A DNA stretch of 61,886 nt from Actinomycetota bacterium (GTDB lineage: Bacteria; Actinomycetota; Actinomycetes; Nanopelagicales; Nanopelagicaceae), in the NCBI GenBank assembly GCA_010031635.1, contig RGZI01000001.1:1-61886 (forward strand). The letters are read 5' to 3'. A program made the position numbers and the translations under genes. Under the pieces are notes generated by a model. It searched no databases. It was not told where the DNA came from and saw only the letters and a list, made by a program, of their open reading frames with translations. Shown piece by piece: positions 21,792 to 31,322 of the stretch. The first letter of the stretch is position 1. Each line of letters starts with the position of its first letter.

Positions 21792-22573
21792 TTATCCGAT
21801 CCTTTGCTTTTCTTTCGAAAGTTTCCAGTTCGAGGTAAAGAGGTGGTTCGTGGATCCAACCTCTGAGCGGGCGCTTTTTCACCACGCAAGGTTTCCACCA
21901 TACCGGTGATCGTATCCATTACATATGTGGTGGCCTCATTTAATGCATCGATCTCATCTTCTCGTCCGTACCAACGAGAGAAATCTAGTGGTGGGCCAGC
22001 GGTGACTTGAGTGAGTTTGCGTGGAAAGAGAAGCGGCCACTTTGAATAAGGTGGCAATAATGCTTGAGCCCCCCATTGCGCACACGGAATAACTGGAACT
22101 TTTGTCATGATTGCTAATCGCGCAATTCCGGTTTTAGCTTTCATCGGCCAAGCCCCGGGATCGCGCGTAAGTGTGCCTTCAGGATATACACCAAGCAAAT
22201 GTCCGGCTTCTAAAAACGCAACTGCATGGTGAAGTGCAAACTTTGCATTTTCACTTTCACGTTCAACTGGCACCTGTCCGGCACCGCGCAAAACCGTTCC
22301 GATTATTGGCAATTTAAACAACTCTGATTTCCCCAGAAATCTTGGAGCTCGTCCATTTGCATACAAAAAATGTGCAAAGACAAGTGGATCAAAATAAGAG
22401 ATGTGATTAGAGACAACTATGGCAGCGCCTGATTTGGGAATATTTTCAACTCCACGCCACTCACGCTTTGAAATTAACTTGATTAGTGGAATCACTAATG
22501 TTGCACCAAATTTAAACCAAGAAGTTACGCCAAGTGGGTAACCCGTTGGCGGTGGATATGTAATCTCACCCAT
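21788..22573 (-). CDS. plsC: 1-acyl-sn-glycerol-3-phosphate acyltransferase
   Basis: HX4D motif NHISYFD and YPEGT. It overlaps gpsA by 4 nt. Confidence 0.85.
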   Translation of the reverse strand: MGEITYPPPTGYPLGVTSWFKFGATLVIPLIKLISKREWRGVENIPKSGAAIVVSNHISYFDPLVFAHFLYANGRAPRFLGKSELFKLPIIGTVLRGAGQVPVERESENAKFALHHAVAFLEAGHLLGVYPEGTLTRDPGAWPMKAKTGIARLAIMTKVPVIPCAQWGAQALLPPYSKWPLLFPRKLTQVTAGPPLDFSRWYGREDEIDALNEATTYVMDTITGMVETLRGEKAPAQRLDPRTTSLPRTGNFRKKSKGSDK

Positions 22574-22610
22574 GCAAGTACCTTACTTTAATCAGCCTTT
22601 CAGCAACTAT

Positions 22611-22652
22611 AAAAAAATCAGGGCCGGAGAGATTTCTCACCCAGGCCCTGAT
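22611..22652 (-). terminator. Rho-independent terminator downstream of hupB
   Basis: On the minus strand atcagggcc pairs with ggccctgat (9-bp stem) and is followed by a run of 7 U. Confidence 0.6.
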
Positions 22653-22693
22653 TTTAATAATCTTGCTAATTTGGCTGATTCTTTTAAAGCACT

Positions 22694-23146
22694 CTAGCGA
22701 CGCTTTTTAGCGGCCTTCTTTGCTGCCTTTTTAGGTGCCTTCTTCGCTACCTTTTTTGCAGCTTTCTTAGGAGCTTTCTTCGCTGTTTTCTTCGCTGCTT
22801 TTTTAGGAGCCTTTTTTGCGGCTTTCTTAGGAGCTGCTACTGCGGGCTTTGGCGCTGCATCTTGCTTACGATCGCCATTTACAATTTCCTTTAACTCTTT
22901 ACCAGCAACAAATCTTGGAACAGATTTTGCTTTTACCTTTACTGGATCACCAGTGAAAGGGTTGCGAGCGGTACGGGCTTTTTTGTGGACTTTCTTAAAC
23001 TTTCCAAACCCAGCAATATTTACTTCATCGCCTTTTGAGACTGCGCGAGTAACTGAGTCAAAAACAATGTCAACTGCATGAGTTGCATCTTTCTTGCTGT
23101 CATGAAAGTGCGGCATTAGTACCGCAATAAACTGTGCCTTATTCAT
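22694..23146 (-). CDS. hupB: HU-like nucleoid protein with Lys/Ala-rich histone-like tail
   Basis: MNKAQFIAVL...RNPFTGDPVKVKA HU fold followed by (P/A)AKKA repeats. AAGGGGA RBS lies before the internal ATG at 23146. Confidence 0.93.
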   Translation of the reverse strand: MNKAQFIAVLMPHFHDSKKDATHAVDIVFDSVTRAVSKGDEVNIAGFGKFKKVHKKARTARNPFTGDPVKVKAKSVPRFVAGKELKEIVNGDRKQDAAPKPAVAAPKKAAKKAPKKAAKKTAKKAPKKAAKKVAKKAPKKAAKKAAKKRR

Positions 23147-23334
23147 AAATGTCCCCTTTTTTATAAGCGAATCGAGGAGCACCCTCAATCTTGTCTAAAA
23201 CTTAGAGCCCGCCGAGATGAGAGTCCATCACCGACCTCGCGTGTCGCACAAAGTTATTACAAGCTAAAAAGCCTTATTTTATCTGATAATTCGCTTATAT
23301 CTCTTAGATTGGAGAAACTTTGGATTAGGTTGGA

Positions 23335-23928
23335 TTAGTTAGTAAGCGTTACCGGTTTAAAAGTAGCTCTTTTACGCTCAAAATCCGCAACTTCAGCACT
23401 ATGTTGCAAAGTTAAGCCGATCTCATCGAGGCCTTCCATTAGCCGCCAGCGGGTGTAATCATCAATTTCAAAAGACAGGATTTTCTCTTCGTATCTGACT
23501 TGGCGCGCTACTAAATCAACTGAAATTATAGTTGCCGGGTTTTTCTCAACCTCTTCCCAAATAGCCTCAATCTCGCTTTCTGGCAAAATGACAGTTAGCA
23601 ATCCACTTTTAAGTGAGTTGCCACGAAAAATATCGGCAAATCTGCTGGAAAGAACTGCTAAGAATCCATAATTTTGCAGGGCCCAAACCGCATGCTCACG
23701 GGAAGAGCCAGTTCCGAAATCTGCGCCCGCCACCAAAATAGATGCTGATTTGTATTGCGGTTGATTAAGTACAAATTGTGGATCCTTGCGCCAGGCCACA
23801 AATAATCCATCTTCAAATCCGCTTCTGGTCACCCGCTTTAAATACTCAGCAGGGATTATTTGATCAGTGTCAACATTGCTGCGGCGTAGTGGAACTGCAG
23901 TTCCACTGTGAATGGTGAATTTTTCCAT
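23335..23928 (-). CDS. leuD: 3-isopropylmalate dehydratase small subunit
   Basis: [17 protein letters not shown] motif. Confidence 0.95.
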   Translation of the reverse strand: MEKFTIHSGTAVPLRRSNVDTDQIIPAEYLKRVTRSGFEDGLFVAWRKDPQFVLNQPQYKSASILVAGADFGTGSSREHAVWALQNYGFLAVLSSRFADIFRGNSLKSGLLTVILPESEIEAIWEEVEKNPATIISVDLVARQVRYEEKILSFEIDDYTRWRLMEGLDEIGLTLQHSAEVADFERKRATFKPVTLTN

Positions 23929-23964
23929 TAGTTACGCTCCTAATTTCACTGGTCTGAGTTATTT

Positions 23965-25260
23965 CTAAAGATCTGCCGGCGCAGACAGTGTTCCACGTAT
24001 TGCAGTAGCCGCAGCGACAAGCGGACTTACTAAATGTGTGCGACCACCTTTTCCTTGTCTTCCCTCAAAATTTCTATTACTAGTTGAAGCGCAACGCTCG
24101 CCAGGATTTAATTGATCAGGATTCATTCCTAAGCACATAGAACAACCTGCTTGTCGCCATTCGGCACCTGCGGCAAGAAATATTTCATGCAAACCTTCAG
24201 CTTCTGCTTGCAGACGAACGCGGGCCGAACCTGGAACAACTAGCATTCGCACGTTTTGCGAAACTTTTGCACCTTTTAATACTTGAGCGGCAGAACGTAA
24301 ATCTTCAATTCTTCCGTTAGTACAAGAACCCAAGAAAACTGTATCGACTTTAATCTGCTTCATCGGAGTTCCAGCTTTGAGATCCATATAAACCAACGCC
24401 CGTTCAGCAGAATTTCTAGCAGTTTCATCTTTAATATCCGCTGGGTTTGGAACAACTCCATTTAAAGCCACGCCTTGCCCTGGGTTTGTTCCCCAGGTAA
24501 CTGCACCCTTTGGAGCATGATCGCGACCCTTTAAATAATTAAAAGTTATTTCATCCGGTGCTATTAATCCGGCTCTAGCGCCCGCCTCAATAGACATATT
24601 GCAAATTGTCATCCGGGCTTCCATTGAAAGTGCCCTTATTGCGCTACCACGATACTCAATAATAAAACCTTGGCCGCCACCAGTTCCAATTTTTGCAATT
24701 AATGCCAAAATTATGTCTTTACTAGTTACTCCGGCTGGCAAAACTCCTTCAACATTAACCGCCATCATCTTAGGTTTCGCTGATGGAAGAGTTTGGGTCG
24801 CTAATACATGTTCTACTTCACTGGTTCCGATACCAAAAGCCAATCCACCAAATGCCCCATGTGTTGAGGTGTGTGAATCTCCGCAAACAACCGTCATTCC
24901 AGGTTGTGTTAGTCCTAATTGCGGTCCGACAACATGCACAATTCCCTGCTCGACATCACCAAGTGAGTGAATTCGAATCCCAAAATCTTTTACATTTTTA
25001 CGCAATGTTTCTATTTGAATCTTTGAAATCGGATCAACTATTGGTTTATCAATATCAATAGTAGGTGTGTTGTGATCCTCGGTAGCAATAGTTAAATCAG
25101 GACGGCGCACTTTTCTTCCAGCAATTCGCAAACCATCAAATGCTTGCGGGCTAGTTACTTCGTGAATCAAATGTAAATCAATGTAAATTAAATCGGGTTC
25201 ACCTGCAGCACGATGTACTACATGGTCTTCCCAAACCTTTTGCGCTAATGTGGACGCCAT
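23965..25260 (-). CDS. leuC: 3-isopropylmalate dehydratase large subunit (about 35-residue in-frame gap relative to E. coli and Mycobacterium LeuC)
   Basis: [34 protein letters not shown] and [20 protein letters not shown] lies before the ATG at 25260. Confidence 0.92.
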   Translation of the reverse strand: MASTLAQKVWEDHVVHRAAGEPDLIYIDLHLIHEVTSPQAFDGLRIAGRKVRRPDLTIATEDHNTPTIDIDKPIVDPISKIQIETLRKNVKDFGIRIHSLGDVEQGIVHVVGPQLGLTQPGMTVVCGDSHTSTHGAFGGLAFGIGTSEVEHVLATQTLPSAKPKMMAVNVEGVLPAGVTSKDIILALIAKIGTGGGQGFIIEYRGSAIRALSMEARMTICNMSIEAGARAGLIAPDEITFNYLKGRDHAPKGAVTWGTNPGQGVALNGVVPNPADIKDETARNSAERALVYMDLKAGTPMKQIKVDTVFLGSCTNGRIEDLRSAAQVLKGAKVSQNVRMLVVPGSARVRLQAEAEGLHEIFLAAGAEWRQAGCSMCLGMNPDQLNPGERCASTSNRNFEGRQGKGGRTHLVSPLVAAATAIRGTLSAPADL

Positions 25261-25308
25261 TGCAAATCTCCTATTGCATCTCATTATTTAAGATGGTAAT
25301 ATCATATC

Positions 25309-26031
25309 ATGGATAAAGATCTAGGTGGAAGTGGTGTTGGAGTTCTTGATAAAGCGATCGCAATATTAAATGCCCTTGAATCAGGTCCCCACTCCCTCGC
25401 TGAGTTAGTTGCCGCAACCGGAATCGCCCGGCCTACCGCCCATCGTTTAGCGGTAGCACTTGAACATCATCGTTTTGTCGCCAGAGATTTACATGGACGT
25501 TTTACCATTGGCGCCCGCGAAGAGGAACTTGCTGCATCTGCCGGTGAAGATCGTTTGATGGCAATCGCAAACCCAGCGTTAGTTGCCTTACGTGATGCAA
25601 CTGGTGAGAGTGCTCAGATTTATCGTAGGCATAGCGATACCCGCTTATGCATTGCGGCTGCAGAACGTTTATCAGGATTGCGAGATTCAGTTCCAGTCGG
25701 TACTGCACTAACGATGCAAGCTGGCTCTGGCGCACAAATTCTTTTAGCTTGGGAAGATGTTGATCGATTGCATCGGGCGCTGAAAAATTCCAGATTTAAC
25801 GCCGCAACTTTATCCGCAGTTCGACGTAGAGGTTGGGCGCAAAGTGTTGGTGAGCGTGAAGCTGGAGTTGCCAGTGTCTCTGCACCAATTCGTGGGCCAC
25901 ACAATCGAGTAATTGCCGCAGTAAGTATTAGTGGACCAATTGAAAGATTGAGCAGACAGCCCGGCCGGATTCATGCCGCCGCAGTTGTCGCAACCGCTGC
26001 GCGAATTACTGAGTACTTAGCCAAAGGTTAA
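25309..26031 (+). CDS. IclR-family transcriptional regulator (LtbR position, divergent from leuCD)
   Basis: N-terminal HTH LAELVAATGIARPTAHRL and a C-terminal IclR effector domain. Confidence 0.85.
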   Translation: MDKDLGGSGVGVLDKAIAILNALESGPHSLAELVAATGIARPTAHRLAVALEHHRFVARDLHGRFTIGAREEELAASAGEDRLMAIANPALVALRDATGESAQIYRRHSDTRLCIAAAERLSGLRDSVPVGTALTMQAGSGAQILLAWEDVDRLHRALKNSRFNAATLSAVRRRGWAQSVGEREAGVASVSAPIRGPHNRVIAAVSISGPIERLSRQPGRIHAAAVVATAARITEYLAKG

Positions 26032-26034
26032 TTT

Positions 26035-27213
26035 TTACCACTCGGCGTATGAGCCATCTTTCTGAACCCACTCAGGCTGTCTAGCGTCATTATATTTAAC
26101 TGCCGCCGCACGCATTGCTTTCTCATCTACATCAATTCCAAGTCCAGGTTTTTTCATCAACTCTATATATCCATCTTTTTGTTTCAGATCAGAGTAGTCA
26201 ACAAGATCAGCCAGAACTTCACCGGGATCCCCCGTACCAAGAATTTGTTCCTGAATTAAAAAGTTTGGCGTTGCAAAATCAATTTGAAGAGAAGCAGCAA
26301 GGGCAATTGGACCAATTGCACAATGCGGTGCCATCGATACATCATAAGTTTCAGCCATCGCCGCAATTCTGCGCATCTCTGAAATACCACCTGCGTGACT
26401 TACATCAGGTTGAGCCACGGCAATTCCAGAACGTAATAAATCTTTGTACTCTCCTCTGGAGAAAAGTCGCTCCCCTGTAGCAATTGGAGTTGAAGTAGAT
26501 CGCGCCACTAATCCAAAATGAGATGTGTATTCAGGAAGTACCGGTTCTTCAATAAATAGCAGATTAAACTCTTCTAAAAGTGGAAAGACTCTACGTGACA
26601 TCGCCAAGCTAAACCTCCCGTGAAAATCAAGAGCAATACCAATGTCGTCGCCAACTTCGTTACGAACTGCTTCAACCCTGCTAACAATATTTTTTAACTC
26701 TGTTGGTGTGTCAATATGAGCCAAGGCATCTGCTGGGCAAAATTTAATCACTTGCAATCCGGCCGCCATCTGTTGACGAACTCGATCTAATATTTCTGAA
26801 ATATCTGCTTTTACTGGATACTTACCAAACTTATTTCGTTCTCCAGAGCCACCAACATGTCCATAAACTTTAATTCGATCCCGTACCGGACCACCTAAAA
26901 GTTGATAAACCGGAACTCCTAATTTCCTACCTGTGATATCCCAAAGCGCTTGATCAATCCCGGAAACTGCAGAGTTAAGAACAGCTCCCCCGCGGTAAAA
27001 ACCGCCCTTCATCATTCGCTGCCAATGGCGTTCGATCTGCATTGGGTCGCGACCCATTACATGATCCATCATTTCATCGACAGCGGCTATTGAAGTTGCT
27101 GGCTTATATTCCAGTCCAGGTTCACCCCAACCGGTTATGCCCTCATCTGTTTCAATCTTTAAAAATACCGAACGTGGCTTGACATTAAATAATTCATAAC
27201 CAGTTACTTTCAT
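26035..27213 (-). CDS. Enolase-superfamily dehydratase, D-galactonate dehydratase (DgoD)-like, paralog 1
   Basis: KIETDEGITGWGEP, DFHGRF, FIEEP, ATGERLF, SHAGGISE and APHC match my recollection of E. coli DgoD metal and acid-base residues. Confidence 0.85.
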   Translation of the reverse strand: MKVTGYELFNVKPRSVFLKIETDEGITGWGEPGLEYKPATSIAAVDEMMDHVMGRDPMQIERHWQRMMKGGFYRGGAVLNSAVSGIDQALWDITGRKLGVPVYQLLGGPVRDRIKVYGHVGGSGERNKFGKYPVKADISEILDRVRQQMAAGLQVIKFCPADALAHIDTPTELKNIVSRVEAVRNEVGDDIGIALDFHGRFSLAMSRRVFPLLEEFNLLFIEEPVLPEYTSHFGLVARSTSTPIATGERLFSRGEYKDLLRSGIAVAQPDVSHAGGISEMRRIAAMAETYDVSMAPHCAIGPIALAASLQIDFATPNFLIQEQILGTGDPGEVLADLVDYSDLKQKDGYIELMKKPGLGIDVDEKAMRAAAVKYNDARQPEWVQKDGSYAEW

Positions 27214-27227
27214 TTAATTAACCACTT

Positions 27228-28412
27228 TTACCATTCGGCGAATGAGCCATCTTTATGATGCCACTCTGGTGCACGACCACGATGACCCTTAACCGATGCT
27301 TCGCGAACAGCTTTCTCATCTACTTCAATACCAAGACCAGGCTTGGTCATTAATTCGATGTACCCATCTGGTGCATCAAATACTGAGAAATCAGCGATGT
27401 ACTTCATTAAGTCACCATCATTGCCTTTGCCAAGTCCAAGGATTTGCTCTTGAACTAAGAAGTTCGGAGTTGCAAAATCAAGTTGCAAACATGCAGCGAG
27501 TGCAATTGGGCCAAGCGGGCAATGTGGAGCCATCGAAACATCATATGTTTCAGCCGCTGCAGCGATTCGGCGGCATTCTGAAATTCCCCCAGCATGACTC
27601 AAATCAGGCTGAGCAACTGCGATTCCAGAACGCAAGACATCTTTGAAATCCCCACGTGAGAATAAACGCTCACCTGTTGCTATAGGTGTGGATGTTGACC
27701 GAACGATCAAATCAAAATGTTCGGTAAATTCTGGAAGTACTGGTTCTTCAATAAACATCAAGTTGTATGGCTCTAACAATGGAAACAATCTGCGCGCCAT
27801 CGCCAAGCTAAACCGCCCATGTAGATCTATTGCGATATCAATATCATCGCCAACTAATTCACGAACAGCTTCAACTCTTTTAACGATATTTTTTACCTCA
27901 GCAGGTGTATCAATGTGCTCAAGTGAATCTGAAGGGGTGAATTTAATTGCTTTCAAGCCACGAGAAAGTTGCTTTTGAACATTCTCTGACATCACTTTCA
28001 ATTCCTCTTTGAGCGGCATCTTTCCAAATTTATCTCGATCAACTTGAGCACCAACATGGCCATAGATTTTTACTCGGTCACGAACGGCTCCACCCAGCAA
28101 TTGATAAACCGGAACACCTAACTTCTTACCAGTGATATCCCACAGTGCTTGATCAATACCAGAAACGGCTGAGTTGAGAATTGGTCCACCGCGGTAAAAG
28201 CCGCCTTTCATCATTCGCTGCCAATGACGTTCGATCTGCATTGGATCGCGACCCATAACATGATCCATCATTTCATCGACTGCGGCTGCAACAGTGGCAG
28301 CTTTAAACTCTAGGACGGGCTCTCCCCAACCGGTTATACCTTCATCAGTTTCAATCTTTAAAAATAGCCAACGTGGTTCAACCATGAATAATTCATAACC
28401 GGTCACCTTCAT
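27228..28412 (-). CDS. Enolase-superfamily dehydratase, DgoD-like, paralog 2
   Basis: Same motif set as paralog 1 (IDLHGRF variant). AAGGGG RBS present. Confidence 0.85.
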   Translation of the reverse strand: MKVTGYELFMVEPRWLFLKIETDEGITGWGEPVLEFKAATVAAAVDEMMDHVMGRDPMQIERHWQRMMKGGFYRGGPILNSAVSGIDQALWDITGKKLGVPVYQLLGGAVRDRVKIYGHVGAQVDRDKFGKMPLKEELKVMSENVQKQLSRGLKAIKFTPSDSLEHIDTPAEVKNIVKRVEAVRELVGDDIDIAIDLHGRFSLAMARRLFPLLEPYNLMFIEEPVLPEFTEHFDLIVRSTSTPIATGERLFSRGDFKDVLRSGIAVAQPDLSHAGGISECRRIAAAAETYDVSMAPHCPLGPIALAACLQLDFATPNFLVQEQILGLGKGNDGDLMKYIADFSVFDAPDGYIELMTKPGLGIEVDEKAVREASVKGHRGRAPEWHHKDGSFAEW

Positions 28413-28445
28413 ATTGCTACCCCTTAATTACTTAATCAATCACTT

Positions 28446-29582
28446 TTACCACTCTGCGAAAGAACCATCACGATGATGCCACTCTGGTCCACGGAAGCGA
28501 TGTCCATTTACTGATGCTTCGCGAACTGCTTTCTCATCGACCTCAATACCCAAACCAGGTTTTGTCATCAATTCGATGTAACCATTTGGAGCGTCAAAGA
28601 CTGAGAAGTCAACCAGGTACTTCATTAGTGCTCCGTTGTTTCCTTTACCTAATCCAAGAATTTGCTCTTGAATTAAGAAGTTTGGAGTTGCAAAATCAAT
28701 TTGCAAACAAGCGGCGAGCGCAATCGGCCCAAGTGGACAATGTGGCGCGATATCAACATTGTAAGTTTCTGCCATTGCAGCAATTCTGCGTGTTTCGGAG
28801 ATTCCGGCAGCGTGACTCAAATCAGGTTGTGCTACAGCAATGCCTGAGCGCAATACATCTTTGAATTCAGTACGTGAGAATAAACGCTCACCAGTTGCAA
28901 TTGGAATTGAAGTTGATTGCACAACTAAACCAAAGTGATCTGTGTACTCCGGAAGAACAGGTTCTTCAATAAACATCAAGTTGTATGGCTCAAGTAGTGG
29001 GAATACTCGACGTGACATTGCCATGCTAAACCGTCCATGAAAATCAAGACAGAGATCAATGTCATCCCCTACATAATTTCTTACCGCTTCAACTCGAGCG
29101 ACGATATTTTTCAATTCAGTAGCGGTATCAATATGTTCAAGTGAATCAGCAGGACACCACTTAAGTGCAGTCAATCCGCGATCAAGTTGAATCTGTACAT
29201 TTTTAAGAACTTCTTCAGTCTCTTTCAATACTGGGATGTTGCCGTAAGCATCGCGAGGTGTTTGACCGCCAATATGACCGTAAATACGAACGCGATCACG
29301 TACTGCGCCACCAAGTAATTGGTGAACCGGAACGCCTAATTTTTTACCGGTGATATCCCAAAGTGCTTGATCGATACCGGCAACTGCTGAGTTAAGAATC
29401 GATCCACCGCGATAGAAGCCACCTTTCATCATTCGCTGCCAATGCCGTTCAATCTGCATTGGGTCGCGGCCCATGATGTGATCCATCATTTCATCCACAC
29501 AAGCAGCAACAGTTAGCGCTTTGGCTTCTAGGACCGGTTCGCCCCACCCTGTAATTCCCTCATCAGTTTCAATTTTTAGGAG
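28446..29582 (-). pseudogene. DgoD-like paralog 3, 5'-truncated (first ~17 codons missing, no usable start upstream of GTG 29498)
   Basis: The frame stays open and homologous back to LLKIETDEGITGWGEP at about 29582, then runs into tRNA-Glu. There is no ATG/GTG/TTG before codon 46 of the paralog alignment. The catalytic motifs are otherwise intact. Confidence 0.6.
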
Positions 29583-29593
29583 ATTAATCTGTG

Positions 29594-29666
29594 TAGCCCC
29601 GAAGGGATTCGAACCCTCGTAGCTGGCTTGAGAAGCCAGAGTCCTAGGCCGCTAGACGACGGGGCC
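29594..29666 (-). tRNA. tRNA-Glu (anticodon CTC), CCA not encoded
   Basis: GGCCCCGTCGTCTAGCGGCCTAGGAC-T-CTGGC-TTCTCAA-GCCAG-CTAC-GAGGGTTCGAATCCCTT-CGGGGCT-A folds as a cloverleaf. Confidence 0.93.
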
Positions 29667-29700
29667 AAACTTATTTAGTTATCTAGATAAGTATAGATCG

Positions 29701-29772
29701 CTGGGGTACCAGGACTCGAACCTAGACTTACTGAACCAGAATCAGCAGGGCTGCCAATTACCCCATACCCCA
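29701..29772 (-). tRNA. tRNA-Gln (anticodon CTG)
   Basis: TGGGGTATGGGGTAATTGGCAGCCC-T-GCTGA-TTCTGGT-TCAGT-AAGT-CTAGGTTCGAGTCCTGG-TACCCCA-G. Confidence 0.93.
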
Positions 29773-29852
29773 ATTATTTGGCTTGAACCACGTACTGGCC
29801 CTAAGAATACCTCACAAAGTTCCCGCAATTACTGATCTGCGTTAGCACCCCA

Positions 29853-31322
29853 CTACCCAAGCAAACAACCTTGGATCCGTGTCAAAACCACATCTTTACC
29901 AAGTAACTCCATCGATTCAAATAATGGTGGAGAAATTGTGCTTCCAGTAGTCGCGATGCGCAGTGCGGTAAAAGCAATTCTTGGCTTTAAACCTAACTCT
30001 TCAATTAAAGAAGCACGTAAAACCGCTTCGATACCAGCATGGCTCCAGTCATTCACATTAGAAAGATCAGCCAGTGCTCTCTTTAAAATTAATTGTGCAC
30101 CTTCATCAGCAATTTTTGGAAGTGATTCAGCCTCAACTTCAAAATTTGTGACAAATAAAAATTTCAACATCGCTGGGATTTCCGAGAGCGTAACTATGCG
30201 CTCTTGAATAATTGGTAGCGCTGCTTTAATAATTTCCACTTCTTTAGTATCTCCCTTGATTACTTCTTCCTTGAGCAAGAAAGGAAGAGCACGTTTCAAG
30301 AAATCATCAAGTGAGAGCTCACGGATTTTATCTCCATTGATTGCTTCTAACTTTTTCATGTCAAATCTGGCAGGTGATGAGTTAACTCTTTCAACGGTAA
30401 ACAATTCAGCAATCTCTTGCATCGTTACATTTTCACGATCATCACCAGGTGACCAGCCAAGTAATGCCAAATAATTACAGATTGCTTCAGGTAAGAACCC
30501 CATCTCGCGATACCAGGCAATTGAAGTCTCGCCATTACGTTTGGAAAGTTTTGCGTTGTCTTGCCCCATAACAAATGGAAGATGGGCAAAAAATGGGTAC
30601 TCAGATTCTGGGACTCCCATTGCTTGATAAACCCGGATCTGTCTCGGTGTAGAGGAAAGCAAATCCTCGCCACGAAGGACGTGCGTAACTTTCATCAATA
30701 CATCATCTACAGCAACCGCCAATGTGTATAGCGGAGAACCATCGGCACGAACTAATACGAAATCAGGGACAAACTCATGTTCGAACGTTAATTCGCCACG
30801 GATTACATCGGTAAAAGTAGTTGAGCCATCTGGCATCCGCATACGGATTACCGGTTCGCGCCCAGCGCTCTTGAATTCTGCAATCTGTTCTGCGGTTAGA
30901 TCACGACATTTTCCATCATAGCCAGGTGCAGTTCCGGCGCTCTTTTGCGCTTCTCGACTAGCTTCCAACTCATCTGATGAGCAGTAACAATGATAAGCAT
31001 CGCCTTGTGCTAAAAATTTAGCAGCCCAGTGCGCATATATATCAAGACGTTGTGATTGAAGATAAGGGCCATTTGGGCCACCAACTTCCGGGCCTTCATC
31101 CCAATTAAGTCCTAGCCATTTCAAGGTATCAATCGCTGCGGCGATATATTCATCTGTTACGCGCAAACGATCAGTATCTTCAATCCGGAAGAGAAATACT
31201 CCACCAGTATGACGGGCAAAAGCCCAGTCAAATAATGCTGTGCGGATATTGCCCACATGTAGATCTCCAGTTGGAGATGGAGCAAAACGAACCTTTACTG
31301 GCCGATCAATACTATTACTCAT
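29853..31322 (-). CDS. gltX: Glutamate--tRNA ligase
   Basis: HIGH motif PSPTGDLHVGNIRTAL and KMSKS variant KLSKRNG. Confidence 0.96.
   Translation of the reverse strand: MSNSIDRPVKVRFAPSPTGDLHVGNIRTALFDWAFARHTGGVFLFRIEDTDRLRVTDEYIAAAIDTLKWLGLNWDEGPEVGGPNGPYLQSQRLDIYAHWAAKFLAQGDAYHCYCSSDELEASREAQKSAGTAPGYDGKCRDLTAEQIAEFKSAGREPVIRMRMPDGSTTFTDVIRGELTFEHEFVPDFVLVRADGSPLYTLAVAVDDVLMKVTHVLRGEDLLSSTPRQIRVYQAMGVPESEYPFFAHLPFVMGQDNAKLSKRNGETSIAWYREMGFLPEAICNYLALLGWSPGDDRENVTMQEIAELFTVERVNSSPARFDMKKLEAINGDKIRELSLDDFLKRALPFLLKEEVIKGDTKEVEIIKAALPIIQERIVTLSEIPAMLKFLFVTNFEVEAESLPKIADEGAQLILKRALADLSNVNDWSHAGIEAVLRASLIEELGLKPRIAFTALRIATTGSTISPPLFESMELLGKDVVLTRIQGCLLG

Noticed and set aside
22700-22870. Highly repetitive DNA (gctttcttaggagc and cttcttcgc units)
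   Set aside because: It encodes the (P/A)AKKA repeats of the HU C-terminal tail, which is normal for actinobacterial HupB. It is not a CRISPR array or a mobile repeat.
26031-29666. Hypothesis that the enolase array is a tRNA-Glu-integrated genomic island
   Set aside because: I found no integrase or recombinase and no copy of the tRNA-Glu 3' end near the iclR side. By eye the composition is similar to the flanks. Only the truncation junction itself is reported as a finding.
29674-29685. 12-bp perfect palindrome ttatctagataa between tRNA-Gln and tRNA-Glu
   Set aside because: It is AT-rich, short and has no loop, so it is compatible with chance or a processing spacer. Nothing further can be inferred.
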